A DNA stretch of 64,000 bases. Origin: Podarcis vaucheri. Lineage: Eukaryota. Positions within the stretch are counted from its first letter, which is position 1, and each line of letters begins with the position of its first letter. The position numbers were made by a program, and so were the translations under genes. Of the stretch, positions 1-11,815 are shown piece by piece. The stretch is taken from the NCBI GenBank assembly GCA_965113315.1, contig OZ220372.1; one strand, given 5' to 3'. The notes under the pieces were generated by a model, which searched no databases, had not been told where the DNA came from, and worked only from the letters and a program-made list of their open reading frames with translations.

Positions 1-147
1 AGGGTGATCTGCTCAAGAATCTCCCCCCCCAAAAAAAATTATGGAACCAACTCACAAGTTTGTTGTGGGAATTAAATGAGGAGGGGGAGAACCACTTAGC
101 TTTCTTGAAGGAAAAGGTGAGGTATAGATGCAATAAAACAAATAAAC
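1..147 (+). mobile_element. 3' part of tRNA-derived/L2-tailed SINE (Squam3/MIR-like)
   Basis: Similar to the tail of the copy at 45398-45610; A-rich end. Confidence 0.5.
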
Positions 148-202
148 CTCTCAGGAGTTGCCAACATGGTGCATGCAGAGGCCTTCCCTGGAGCCCATAG
201 AT

Positions 203-880
203 CATGGGGAGGCAAACTAAGGCCCGGGGGCCAGATCTGGCCCAATCGCCTTCTAAATCCGGCCCGCAGATGCCCCCGGAATCAGCGTGTTTTTACATGA
301 GTAGAATGTGTCCTTTTATTTAAAATGCATCTCTGGGTTATTTGTGGGCCTGTCTGGTGTTTTTACATGAGTAGAATGTGTCCTTTTACAGTGGTGCCCC
401 GCAAGACGAATGCCTCGCAAGACGAAAAACTCGCTAGACGAAAGGGTTTTGCGGTTTTTGAGCTGCTTCGCAAGACGAATTTCCCTATGGGCTTGCTTTG
501 CAAGATGAAAACGTCTTGCTTTTTTTGCAAGTTTGTTTCCTTTTTCTTAACACCGTTAATACAGTTGCGACTTGACTTTGAGGAGCAACTCATAGAACGC
601 AGTGTGGTAGCCTTTTTTGAGGTTTTTGGTGATTTTTGAAGCTTTTCCAAAACTTTTCCAACACAGTGCTTCGCAAGATGAAAAATTCGCTAGACGAAAA
701 AACTTGCGGAATGAATTAATTTCGTCTTGTGAGGCACCACTGTATTTAAAATGCATCTCTGGGTTATTTGTGGGGCATAGGAATTGGTTCATCCCCCCCC
801 CACCTAAATATAGTCCGGCCCCCCACAAAGTCTGAGGGACAGTGGACCGGCCCCCTGCTGAAAAAGACTGCTGACCCCTG
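203..880. mobile_element. hAT (OposCharlie1/OC1-like) MITE, interrupted by a Tigger-like MITE
   Basis: Ends catggggaggcaaact / gctgacccctg. Perfect 8-bp TSD CCATAGAT (195-202, 881-888). Homologous to 16629-16878. Confidence 0.85.
389..742. mobile_element. Tc1/mariner-pogo (Tigger-like) MITE
   Basis: TIR cagtggtgccccgcaagacgaa / ttcgtcttgtgaggcaccactg with TA TSD. Near-identical inverted copy at 35224-35568. Confidence 0.9.
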
Positions 881-1798
881 CCATAGATTCTTCTCTGCCC
901 CACTTCTTTCTGAAATTAGGCTTGAAAGAAGCCTTCAGCTGTAGCCAATAGAACAGAGCGTACCAAGTGTTTGGTTGAGGGGTGTGTGCGTGCCCACAAC
1001 AGTTTGTCCAGTTTGCAGATTTACCCACAGACCTCAAAAGATTGGTGACCCCCTGTATGTTACTGCACTGACTACCTACCATATGTCCAAAGAGCCCCAC
1101 AGTAAATAGGACTCTGTGCTTCACTCTATTTGGTTTTTAAAGTTTTCCCTTTCTTCCTGATTTTGCAAAGTTTAAATTAGTACACCTGAGCTTTGTCTCA
1201 TTTTGAAGGTTGCTGTCCTTTATGTTTGAGCGGCAGCAATATTTCATTTTGCTATGCATCATGCACAATTTCTTGTTACAAAGTATAGTTCAGAAGCCCG
1301 CCAGTTTCTGGGATTTAATCCAATTGTTTATTTGCTCTTTGGGGATCACTTAATACGTTGCAAGGGATTTCTCTCTGAAGTCTGTGTTTCTCTTTTGATG
1401 TTCACTTTGGAATTGCATCCGTGTCCTTGCAGAAATCCAATGTCCCGACTAATACAGAACAGATATGTGGGAAGTGGTGAAAATGAAAAATAAGCTGTTA
1501 ATAGTGAAAGATGTAATAATACTTCATTGGCATTGGTGGAACTGTCCTGTTCTCTGCGACTTCTTCTGGGAAGACTATAAACTGATTCTCAAGACAGCTG
1601 CATAATATGTTTCAGTGTCTTTTTCAGATTTTATCTGTGCTCACTTTTTTTTAAAAAAGCAAACTTTAAAGATATGGGGACAGTAATTATTGTGTGAGAT
1701 TTTTCAAGGCATGTGGCTGACAACAATGGGAAGCACCATATAGATCTTTAGCCTGATCTGGCACAGTTCAGAGATCTTCGTATGCAACAATGAGCACC

Positions 1799-2030
1799 CG
1801 GGGCAGAGGAAGGGGGGGCGGTGGGGGCGGTCCGCCCCAGGTGTCACCACTAAAGAAGGGGTGACAAAATGCCAGGTGGCACTCACTACGGGGCCTGCAG
1901 CCTGCCTGAGCCACACATCTCTCCTGGGAGTGACACGGTGGCTTGGGTGCCCGCAGGCTCCGTGCTGCCCCAGATGGTCTGCCCACCACCTCCCCCTCAG
2001 CTGTAGGGCGACTGAGTGGGAGGAGGGTAT
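1799..2030. mobile_element. GC-rich hAT-like non-autonomous fragment
   Basis: Abrupt GC-rich block with the gcggtccgccccaggtgtcacc...ggggtgacaaaatg pattern typical of reptile hAT MITEs. Confidence 0.35.
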
Positions 2031-2049
2031 GGAGTTATCCAAACCCTAA

Positions 2050-2164
2050 GTCATCTGAAGGCAGCCCTGTATAGGTAAGTCTTTTAATGTTTAATGTTTT
2101 GTTATTATTTTTATACGTTGGAAGCTGCCTGGAGTGGCTGGGTCAACCAAAAAAGATGGGCGTG

Positions 2165-2210
<46 letters not shown>

Positions 2211-2242
2211 TACTACTACTACTAATACTGCTATTATAATTA
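2050..2242 (+). mobile_element. L2-type 3' tail ending in (TAT)n/(TAC)n microsatellite
   Basis: catctgaaggcagccctgtatagg...gaagctgcctggagtggctgg...tattattat. Confidence 0.6.
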
Positions 2243-2973
2243 TTTTTTCAGATGATCTTTATTAAATTTTTAGTTACATACTGTACATACACATACATTA
2301 TATTTCACATTTGTTCTTGCTCTCTCGAGCTGACTTCCCTCCTTCCTTCTTCTGGCTTTTTTATGTCCTCTTTGACTTTTCGTATTGTCTTTGTCCATTT
2401 TCAATAAGATTGTTCTTCTTCATTTTTTCCATTAAATGTCTGTAAACAAATAAACCTTTCTATATATACACAAGTTCTTGTTGTCTGTCTATATTCATTT
2501 ACAAATATTGTTCAAAAATAGTCCTAATATACATTTTTAATTCATTTTGATATTATTATCCAGTAAATTTCTTGTATTTTCCCGTTATGAGATATTATTT
2601 TAATTCTACTGGTTCCCTATTTCACATCATCTTCTCTCTATATAACATAATTTCCCCCCATTCTTTTTGATATGTTTCATCCCCCTGATGTCAAATTTTT
2701 ACTGTTAATTTGGCTATTTTTGCAAACTCCATAACCTTGTACTGCCATTCTTCTATTGTAGGAAATTTTTGCTGTTTCCATACCTGAGCCAGCAATAACC
2801 TCGCCGCTGTTGTTGCGTATAAGAACAGTTTCTGGTCATTCTTGTCAATGTCTTCTCCCACCATTCCCAACAGGAAGGACTCTGTTTTTTTCAAAAACGT
2901 ATACCTAAAAATCTTCTTTAATTTATTATATATATTTTCCCAATACGTTTTCACTATATCACAAGTCCACCAC
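2243..2973 (-). mobile_element. 5'-truncated L1-clade LINE (ORF2 C-terminus + 3'UTR)
   Basis: ORF 2691-2954 region reads WWTC..KTYWENIY..FLLGM..YATTAARLLLAQVWK..PTIEEW, typical of the squamate L1 ORF2 end. Confidence 0.8.
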
Positions 2974-5900
2974 TACTACTATTAAATACAATGCCCCTAT
3001 TTTCATCGGAGAAATGTTGGAAGGGATGGAACTGGAAGATGATATTGCAGTGCAGGGAGAGAGAGAGGTATGATTTTCTACCACTTATACAACAGGTGAC
3101 AAACTTATTTTGCAGCAAATCCTCTGCATGTCTGCTCAGAACTAAGTCCCGGGAAAGTGGATATTGGATCGCAGCCCAAATTTCTTTATTTATTTCCTCA
3201 GCTTTCTTTGAAGTTTCAGAGCTGCTAACAGAGTCACTAAAAACATATTTAGATCATTTTTGCAGGGGCATGGGGGACGGTAAAGTAATACAAAAACACC
3301 AGCAGCTAAATAAAACCTCATCCATAGGATGTAAAAAGCATAGAATGCTTACAGCATCCTCAATAAATCAACAGCCGGGCTATGTTATAAATGCAGAAGC
3401 GTTGGCAAAAGAGATTAAAACAAGTCCGGCAAATATTTCATTGCAAAGCCTTTCTAAGAAGAAAAGTTTCCCCCATACAGTCCATGAGAGAAAGACCAGC
3501 CTTCCTTGGGAAGATTTTCCCAAGTTTACAGACTCCTCCCCCTTCCACAATTCAGCAAAAAAGCTACTTCTTTAACTCAGTCCTTGAATATATTGTTTTA
3601 CCTACATCTTTAGCTCATAAACCATTCTTGTGTCCTTAGCGAGCTAATTTATATGTTAATACACAGCCAAAAGCTTTTGCAGCAGTATAAAATTGATCTT
3701 CTGATTATTAGGTCTCCCCCTTTTATTGCTCTGTTCTGCCAAATGTTATTTGCAAATAAAATTGGTTAATGCATCCTGCTCCAGACAGATAGATACATTT
3801 ACCCCACGGCCTGCTAATAAGAGCTGTTTTTAAGCCAGCAACTTAAGGAAACCCATTTATACACACAGGAGAGGCATCGCTGCTTAGGCAAAGGATGTGC
3901 CTTCATTAAAATGAAAAATGGTTGGATGCCAGCTTAAAAGATGCTCTATAATGTTCACATTTTCCGTACTGTGACTTTAGACGGCTTCAGTAAGAGCTTT
4001 GGTATGACCTTTGATGCAAAATATAAAGTAAACTTAGTGAATTGAATATTTTTTTAAGGTTGCTGGTGTGGTGCAGTGTAGTGGTTAGAGAGTTGGGCTA
4101 GAACATTGGTGAGGAACCTACAGTCCATGGTGCTGACTAGACCCATATATGACAGGTGTAGGGCAGGTAAAGACATGACTGGGACAAAAAGTGGTTTGTA
4201 GGAAACTGCAACACCCTGTGCCCTCTGCAAGTCCCTACAATCAGCTAACCACTGGTGCTTGCAGACATCCATGTGTGGCACTATGAAGCCCCAATGATCA
4301 GCTGGTTGTTGGGGCTTCAAAGTGCCATGGAGACAAAATGGGTGTCACTGTGATATCAACGGTTTGGCAGCCCCACCCACCTGCCCTACTAGGCTCACGG
4401 GGTGGGGGATAAAGATTGAAATCTTCACTCAGTTGCAAAATTCACTTCGTACTTTCCAACATTTCGTCCTATTACATACATCATCATATTACTATTTCTA
4501 GGGCTGCCGTACGTTCAGATTTTCCTGGACATTACGGGGATTTCAAAGGTGGAACTGACATCCGGGGGGAATTGCCGATAGGCAGCACTTTGTCCTTGAT
4601 GTTAGGCAAGTCAATTGAAAAATCAATGATTTGGGGGTCTTCGAAAAACCCCTCAACAATTCGTATCCCATAATCAAAACTTCCCTATACAGGGCTGCCT
4701 TCAGATGACTCAGGGATTGGATAACTGGATGAGTTTCTTGGTCAATCACACTCTCACACAAGTGTGTTGTGGGGATAAAGGGAGTGAGGGTACTACAGCA
4801 ACAGCCCCCTGGAGCTCCTCAGAGGAAGGGCAGACTGTACAGCAGGGATGGAAACATCTGTGAAGTTCCAGATGTTGCTGGATTTCAGCTTCCCTCACCC
4901 CTGACAATTGGCCACGTTGAGCAGATGTTTATAGGACTGCACTGTAAGATAGCAAAATATTAAATGGTGGAGAGATTTCTTCTGGAACTCTGTCAGCTTT
5001 GAAACATATATATTCTGCATGGCGCTTCTCTCCATTCCCTGTTTATAGGTTGAGGTTTCAGTAATTTGCAATGACTCTGCTTGGCTGTTTTAATCTCCCA
5101 TCACAATAGCATCATCAGGGGGCCTTTTATGGCCATGCAAGTTGGGCTATTGCAACCACTGCTATTGTTGTTTCCCCCGTTGTAATGGGTTTTGTCAAAG
5201 GGCTTAATTTCTAAATTTAAGCGAACATGCTTATGGCAGAACTAGGCAATCCTTCCAGATTCTGAAATGCTTTGCCATGCTAAAAATTCTCAGGACAATG
5301 GTGATATGCATGTATGCATGTATATCTTAACTGTAGATGATTCCTGATTCTTCTCTTGGGTTGCAAAACATATTGGCGGGGTGGCTATGTCATTTATTAT
5401 TAGGCTCCCGATGTGCTTAGCATTACCAGGATACACTGGAAACATGTCTTCTCCTTCCAATTTTTTTTTTTTAATTCCTAATCAAAACAAACCCCAGAGG
5501 TTGAATGATAATTTCTAGAGCCCCAAAGCACCCCCCCAGCCCTGGTAAGATTCCTTATGGTGCTTTAGGGTTGACATTTAGGGATTTGGCTAAATCATAC
5601 ACTTCTCATTAATTTCTGAAGATATGAACCCAAGCCGCTGCCCCCCGTTGTTTAACACAACTATAAACATTACATTTTATAGATTTCATATATCTGGAGG
5701 TGCTTTTACAGCAGAGTAGATTGCAGTCCTGAGGCAATAAAGGCAAATGGCATTGTGGCAAAATAAGTCACACCAAGCTATTGGCATTGAGGCTAGAAGC
5801 ACCTTCACTCTCCTTTTGCTGCAGTCTCTTCACACAGCAGGCCAGATCCTGCAACTGCCATTATCCCTGACTAGGGATGGGTGAATGTGTCAATTCTGGT

Positions 5901-6389
5901 TTCTTTACGCAAGCCCTAGACACCACACTTGACCTGTATCTACGCTTAAACCCACCAAGGCAGGAATCATTTTGGCATTATACCATTATTACAATAACTA
6001 TTTAAAAGTGAAACCTGTTTTATTGTTTTCTATTGTTGGCTGAAAAGGTGTCTTCTAAAACTGCAAGATGTAGGGATGTAACTACATTTGCAATCAAGGG
6101 AAAACTCCAGACATTCTAGATTATTTATTCTGAGCGGGAGTTGCTTTGGCAAATGCCTGATTGTGATGGGACATAATCGTAATTGGTTGCTTTGTTCCTC
6201 AGTGCACAACACAAGGACATGAGAACATTTGATTAAATTAAAGGGCAGTAAATTTTCAAATGCTGCTTTGAGCTTCAGACAGCAACACTCCTGATACTTT
6301 CTATGATGAGAGGCTCCTGAGACCTGGCAGTGAAGCTGTGGCTTAAAGAAGTCGAGAATATTATAATAGCAAGAAAAGGCTGGTTGGCT

Positions 6390-7062
6390 GAAATTGTGCC
6401 TTAAATGGCTCAGGACTGCAATACCCCAAGGACTGCCTCGCCCCTTATGAACCAACCTGGACCCTGTGGTCATCATTGGAGGCCCTGTTTCGTGTGCCTC
6501 CTCCATAAGAGGTCCGGAGAGTGGCAACACAAGAACAGTTCTTTGCTGTGGTGGCTTCCCGTGTATGGAAATGCTCTCCCCAGGGAGGCTCGCCTGATTC
6601 CTTCATCGTGCACCTTTAGGTGTCAGGCAAAAACATTTCTCTTTAATCAGGCATTTGACTGATTAGCAGTCTATGACCTTTTCAATATGTATTGATTTGT
6701 TTCTGTTTTTATTATGTACAGTCGTACCTTGGATCCCGAATGCTGTGCGAGTCAAAGATTTTGGCTCCCTAACACCGCAAACCTGGAGGTGAGTGTTCCG
6801 GTTTGTGAACGTTTTAGGAACCCGAACGTCTGACGTGGATTCTGCAGATTCCGATTGGCTGCAGGAGTTTCCTGCAGCCAATTAGAAGCCACACCTTAGT
6901 TTCTGAACGTTTTGGAAGTCGAACAGAGTTCCAGAACGGATTCCATTCGACTTCCGGTGTAGCACTGTATTTTGTGTTCTTATTTTGTATTTTTCTGTTG
7001 TGAACAGCTTTGTGATCTTCAGATGAAGGGTGGTAAACCAATTTAATAAATATTAATAATAA
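6390..7062 (+). mobile_element. L2 LINE 3' fragment interrupted by a MITE
   Basis: L2 terminal motifs (tatggaaatgctctccccagggaggctcgcctg; gtgaacagctttgtgatcttcagatgaagggtgg) with A/T-rich tail. Confidence 0.7.
6719..6967. mobile_element. Tigger-like MITE
   Basis: ta|cagtcgtaccttgg ... gtagcactg|ta; related to 13348-13597. Confidence 0.7.
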
Positions 7063-7413
7063 TTGTGAGGTGGGTGGCCCAGGACGTCCAAGTCCTGTCC
7101 CACTCCAGACCCCCGATCTCCTGCCTAGGTGGGTTGAGCTAGTGACATAGTTTAATTTTTACCCTTCTCTCAAAAACATGTTTTTGTTTTACTTTGGTGG
7201 CAGGGCGGCTAGGTGCACTGCCAAGTGCCAAGTGCATTACTGGCAGATCCCACTCTGGATTTGCTCATCCTATGTATATCAATCAGCACATGCAAATTTG
7301 TGGCATAGGCCTGTCCCCCAAGTCCTTTAAGAACTTGGCAACACTTTTGCAGATAGAGCTAGAGGCCAGCTGCCCATGCTCCCTTTTTTCTCCCCAAATC
7401 CATAGCACTGCTC

Positions 7414-7634
7414 TTTATTTATTGTCTCGATGTCCCACGTTCCTTCCAAGGGGCTCAATGGGGCATACCTGGCTCTCCACCCTCCCCATTTTATCCTCAA
7501 CAATCCTGTGAGGTCGTTTAGGCTGAGAGACAGAGACTGACCCAAGGTCATTCACTCAGTCTGAGTGAGGATTCAAACCCTGGTCTCCCAGGTCCTAGTC
7601 TGACATTCTAACCTCTACACCACACTGGCTCCCA
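7414..7634 (-). mobile_element. tRNA-derived SINE (Squam3/MIR-like)
   Basis: Reverse strand begins gggagccagtgtggtgtagaggttagaatg (A box) with B-box-like ggtttgaatcc. Confidence 0.7.
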
Positions 7635-9074
7635 GATGGTAGTGGTAGCCATTGCCCTATTCATGCCAATGCCATTGTGGCTATTTCTATCTGCTGCTTT
7701 TGCAGCCAGGACTTCAAATTTGCCTTAGGATCTCTAAGAATGTATTGGGGTAGAAAGTGCTTGCAGCTGACCTCCTTCATCTGGAACGAGTTCAAGCGTC
7801 CAAACCCCCATCAACTCGATACAAATGACTGTAGGAGGTATTGGGAGAAAGACACCCAGCTCCAGTAAAGGTAGGGGGACTCTTAAATGTTAAAGCATTA
7901 AATGCTGAACATATACTTTGATTAATATCTCCCCTTCCCCAGTAATGAATCAGCAACACTTCCTCACTCCAACAGCAGCTGAGTGATGATGACAGCAGCC
8001 ACTGATTTCATGAACGGACAAAGACTAAACTATTCCACTGCCTTGTTTGAAACCTGACGGTAATTTGAAGATGGAGATAAAACAGGCAATGGGCCAAAAT
8101 ATCCATTTGTGATGCCCCTGTGCACTAGCCTTGCCCAGCTATGGTACCATTTATATCCTTTTTTAAAAAATTCAAAATATTTAATGTGGCTGCTAAACTA
8201 TCTTGCATGCACTTAATGAGGAAGCCCTGTGGTGGGCATGAAAGATGATAAAACGAGAAAGGTAACTTAAGGAGGTAATAGCAAGCTTTATTGGCTCTTT
8301 ATAACTGGCAACGGACCTTAAAAGCTTCTAGGATAAAGAGGGGGAAACACATTTTTCAGAAGGATTCCAGTGTCTTCTCCTAAGATTCCGTTCTATCGAT
8401 TAATCTGACGGTATGAATGAAGCTGTGATTGCCCCAACAGATGCTGCTATGACTACGAGACCTTAAGGCCTAAAATGTACACTGTCTATTTTGTGCAGAA
8501 AGTTTGGCATGTTTACAGCTAAAACTACCTCCAGCTGTGGATCTTTTATTTCTCTCTAAAAAAAACACCGCATACCCTGCATTTCACCACATTGGTGAGT
8601 CAATGCATCTTACAAAATAAAATTACAAGATTGAAAACAGGGCCTCGGATATTAATGAACCAAAGCAATAGAACAGCATTAGTGGCGCAAAGGTCTCCTG
8701 AAGTGAAACAGTTTTAACCAGGTGTCTGAAGCTCAGCAGGGGCAGTGCCTGTCTGGTTTTGTTTTGGTTTTAATTATATTTTATTGAAAATTTTCAGTAG
8801 AGAGGTAGAGTGAAAAGGGTGGTTTTCACTGCCTGATTGTTAATGGGAGGGAGTGCCATAGTTAGTTGGTTTTTGCAGGGGTCCCCAACCTTTCTAGGCT
8901 CGTGGGTATATTTGCAAATGGGAGAAACTGTTGTGGGCACCAAGAACACACTGCGACCACAACACTCACTCTCCCCTTGCCAGCATTTAGGCTTGGAATA
9001 AAGCTTTCTGTTGGCTGCAATGGAAGGCTTTGTTTAAGTTGAAGCAAGGAAACAGAGGCAAGGTAACCATCCAG

Positions 9075-9325
9075 AGAGCCAGCGTGGTGTAGTGGTTAAG
9101 AGGGGTGGACTCGTAATCTGGGGAACCGGGTTTGCATCTCCGCTCCTCCACATGCAGCTGCTGGATGACCTTGGGCCAGTCACGCATCTCTGAAGTCTCT
9201 CAGCCTCACTCACCTCAGAGTGTTTATTGTGGGGGAGGAAGGGAAAGGAGATGTTAGCCGCTTTGAGACTTCTTAAGGGGGGTGAAAGGCGGGATATCAA
9301 GTTCCAACTCCTCCTCCTCCTCCTC
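9075..9325 (+). mobile_element. tRNA-derived SINE (Squam3-like)
   Basis: gagccagcgtggtgtagtggttaag A box, gggtttgcatctcc B-box region, L2-like tail, (CTC)n end. Confidence 0.75.
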
Positions 9326-10116
9326 TTTCCTAGGGGCATTGGGGAAGGCTTTTGTGGTTGCATCTCTTCCCATGGCTGCCATGTTGCAACCAGTTTGGGG
9401 CTGTGCAGTTTCACCAGTGGGACTGTTGAGCTGCTCATCAGGCAGTCCTACAGGTCTTCCTGTGCTCCCCAAACATTGGTGCTGCCTCGTCTAGGGAAGC
9501 AGTAGTGTTGTTGGTGTTGGGAAGGTGCTCTGGGGCTCTACTCTAAATGCACCAAACATGCCATTACTGGTATCTATGGTGTGGTAAATTGAAAAGTCTT
9601 TGTCAATAAAACAGTATTGTAGACCAGTGATGCCACTGTGACACCCTTGGGTTTCAGTAGGAGCTAGGAAGATAGGACAATGGTGGTTTGGTGTGTTGAC
9701 AACTATGCATAAACCAATATATCTGCAAAGGTATTTGCCTCTCAAGAAGAGATGGCATCATGACCCATCTTGTCACATAACACGATGGATAAATATAGTT
9801 GTTTTCAACAGGACATGTTGGAACTATTCATACAAGCTATTGGGTATCTGCGGAAGCTGGCTCCCCAAAGTGCTAATTAGAGCTGCTTGCAATGTCAAAC
9901 AATTTCTGCAATAAGCCAGAGACAGACAGGAAGTTGTTGCTCGCTTCACTGATTACGAGTTACAACATCATATATTTTTTTAGAAATTAAAGGACTGGGT
10001 TGAGGCAGAACTCCAGATTTTTACAAAAAGTTTTGTTCTGTAAAATGTAGCATGATCATTCCAAAGTAAGAATGAAATGAACACACCTGCTCACCTGCTC
10101 TACACAGACATCCAAT

Positions 10117-10550
10117 CACAGCTCGCCCCTATACACGAAGCCAAGCCAGAGCACAACTAAATGCAGCACAGCCATCTTCTCAGAAAAACTCTTCACAAGC
10201 TCAAGAGGTCAAGACACGAAAGCTTTAGCAACTAATCTACACTTAATGACCCACCCAGTGGTATTCAGAATATCACTCATGAAATCACTCAAGATATCCC
10301 TCAAGTAATTAAGGAACAAAAGAAGAAAAGGCACACTAATCTAGGAACTTCCTCTCTGCCTAGAACGTTGGAGGCTATACACCACACCCCTCAACAGTAT
10401 TTATAGGAACTCAAACACCAGATTCTGCTCTGTTCCAGTAACAAGAAGCCGAAAACACCAGCCTGAAGATGACGAGTGAGACCTCGTCGAAACGTCGCCC
10501 AGACACCCCGACTCTTACACGGGAAGACACCCGAAGACACCAAAACCTGC
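10117..10550 (+). mobile_element. Penelope-like element 3' fragment (pseudo-LTR) containing a hammerhead motif
   Basis: Flanked by direct repeat ACATCCAAT (10108-10116, 10551-10559). Contains ctgaagatgacgagtgagacctcgtcgaaacgtc. Confidence 0.7.
10461..10498 (+). ncRNA. Minimal type I hammerhead ribozyme motif
   Basis: CUGAAGA (10463-9), extra U, stem II GACGAG/CUCGUC with 6-nt loop, GAAAC, then GUC cleavage triplet (10494-6). Helix I has only 2 bp. Confidence 0.65.
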
Positions 10551-10603
10551 ACATCCAATGATTATGTCAATAAGCCAGAAACAGCCCAATTTTGCATCTT
10601 CAT

Positions 10604-10755
10604 CCTGGATAGCTCAGCTGGTTAGAGCATGGTGCTGATAATGCCAAGGTTGCAAGTTCAATTCCCATATGGGAAAGCTGCATAGTCCTCTATTGCAAGG
10701 GGTTGGACTAGATGATCATCAGGGTCCCTTCCTACTCTACAATTCCATGATTCTA
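10604..10755 (+). mobile_element. tRNA-Ile-derived SINE with CR1 tail (Squam1-like)
   Basis: tRNA-Ile-like head followed by CR1 3' end gggttggactagatgatc...ccatgattcta. Confidence 0.8.
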
Positions 10756-10937
10756 AAGATCCCTCACATATTATGAGCTGAATTAAATTTAATCCCTTGG
10801 CCTCAATGATGAGAACTGAAGGTGGACTTTCACCATCCCAAAGCATGAAGCTGAAGGAGCAATCAGGAGCAGCACAATTCCTTACAAGCCTGAATTGCAA
10901 TGCTTGTGATCTATGGTGGGTCATGAATGGAGTAGGT

Positions 10938-11230
10938 CAGGGGTGGGGAACTCATGTCCCAGGGGCAAATGCAATCTTCTCTCTCCTGGCTGCATTCTCA
11001 CATTTTCCTTGAGTACTTTTGCCTGCCTGGAATATGCCTGATAATGGACTCTGATAACGCCCCTTGCTTGCCTGGATGGAGGACAGAGACGGGGAGGCGA
11101 GAGTGTGTAGAAACTAGTCTACCACACAAAGGGAAAATACACATTTGTAGCTCTGCCTACCGCTGGCATCCCAGAAGGATGTGCAGAAGGCAATGCAGCC
11201 TTTGAACTGAAAAAGATTCCCTACTCCTTG
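10938..11230. mobile_element. hAT-like MITE (relatives at ~11830-12010 and ~42840-43250)
   Basis: caggggtggggaac ... gattccctactccttg. Internal cttgcttgcctggatggaggacagag is shared among the three loci. Confidence 0.55.
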
Positions 11231-11559
11231 TGTATATAGTCTAAAAGTTTGTGGCCATGTCTGTCTTATGTCTGAGTTCAGAAGGATCATCACAAAAAGG
11301 TTGGAAGAGGAATAGAGAAGAGTCTGGATGGAGATGAGTTTTACACTAGAGTTGGAGCGCTTCGGGCTCAAGGACTGACCGCAACCCTCCAGTCCTCTCT
11401 TTCTGGTCCATGGGACCCTCTGTAGCCACACCACTTTGTCCAGGCCACACCAGGCCTTCTTCACAGCCTCCTATAATTCCATCAACGATGTCTCTGAAAA
11501 ATTTGACACATCACTTGGGAAGACAGGTGAACTAATGTTAGTGTACTGGAAGAAGCAAA

Positions 11560-11815
11560 GATCACCATGAAGCAATGATTCTTCAACATCAACTTTGTTG
11601 GACTGGTCATGATGCCTGATTATCGTCTTCCAAAGCAACTACTTATTCCAAACTTAAAACCCTCACCATGATCCGTTCCTGCCCAGAAACCTATGTCCCC
11701 ACTGTGGAAGGACATGTGGATCCAGAATTGGCCTCCACAGTTACTTATGGACTCACTGTTAAAACCGTGTTCATGGAAGACAATCTTACTTGGCTATGAG
11801 GGATCGCCAAAGAAA
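11560..11815 (+). mobile_element. RTE-clade LINE 3' fragment (internally deleted)
   Basis: Degenerate QHQL.WTGH..MPDYRLPKQLL and C-terminal CPHCGRTCGSRIGLHS.L.TH zinc-finger motif. Confidence 0.65.

Noticed and set aside
389-742. Regularly recurring cgcaagacgaa units resembling a CRISPR array
   Set aside because: These are subterminal repeats of a TA-flanked MITE in a vertebrate genome, with irregular spacing.
1432-1650. Possible terminal exons of the upstream neighbour (MYRFL in human synteny)
   Set aside because: Acceptor-like sites exist, but translations do not resemble the MYRFL C-terminus as I recall it.
2991-3575. 194-aa ORF
   Set aside because: No recognisable domain, no convincing splice structure and no promoter context; consistent with a chance ORF.
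2032-4728. ~50-bp inverted repeat (2032-2081 vs 4676-4728)
   Set aside because: Both arms look like repeat-tail sequence, and no TSD or transposase supports a single element between them.
10604-10680. tRNA-Ile-like gene (also at 57620-57694, minus strand)
   Set aside because: Stems are disrupted and the sequence is fused to a CR1 tail, so it is a SINE head, not a tRNA.
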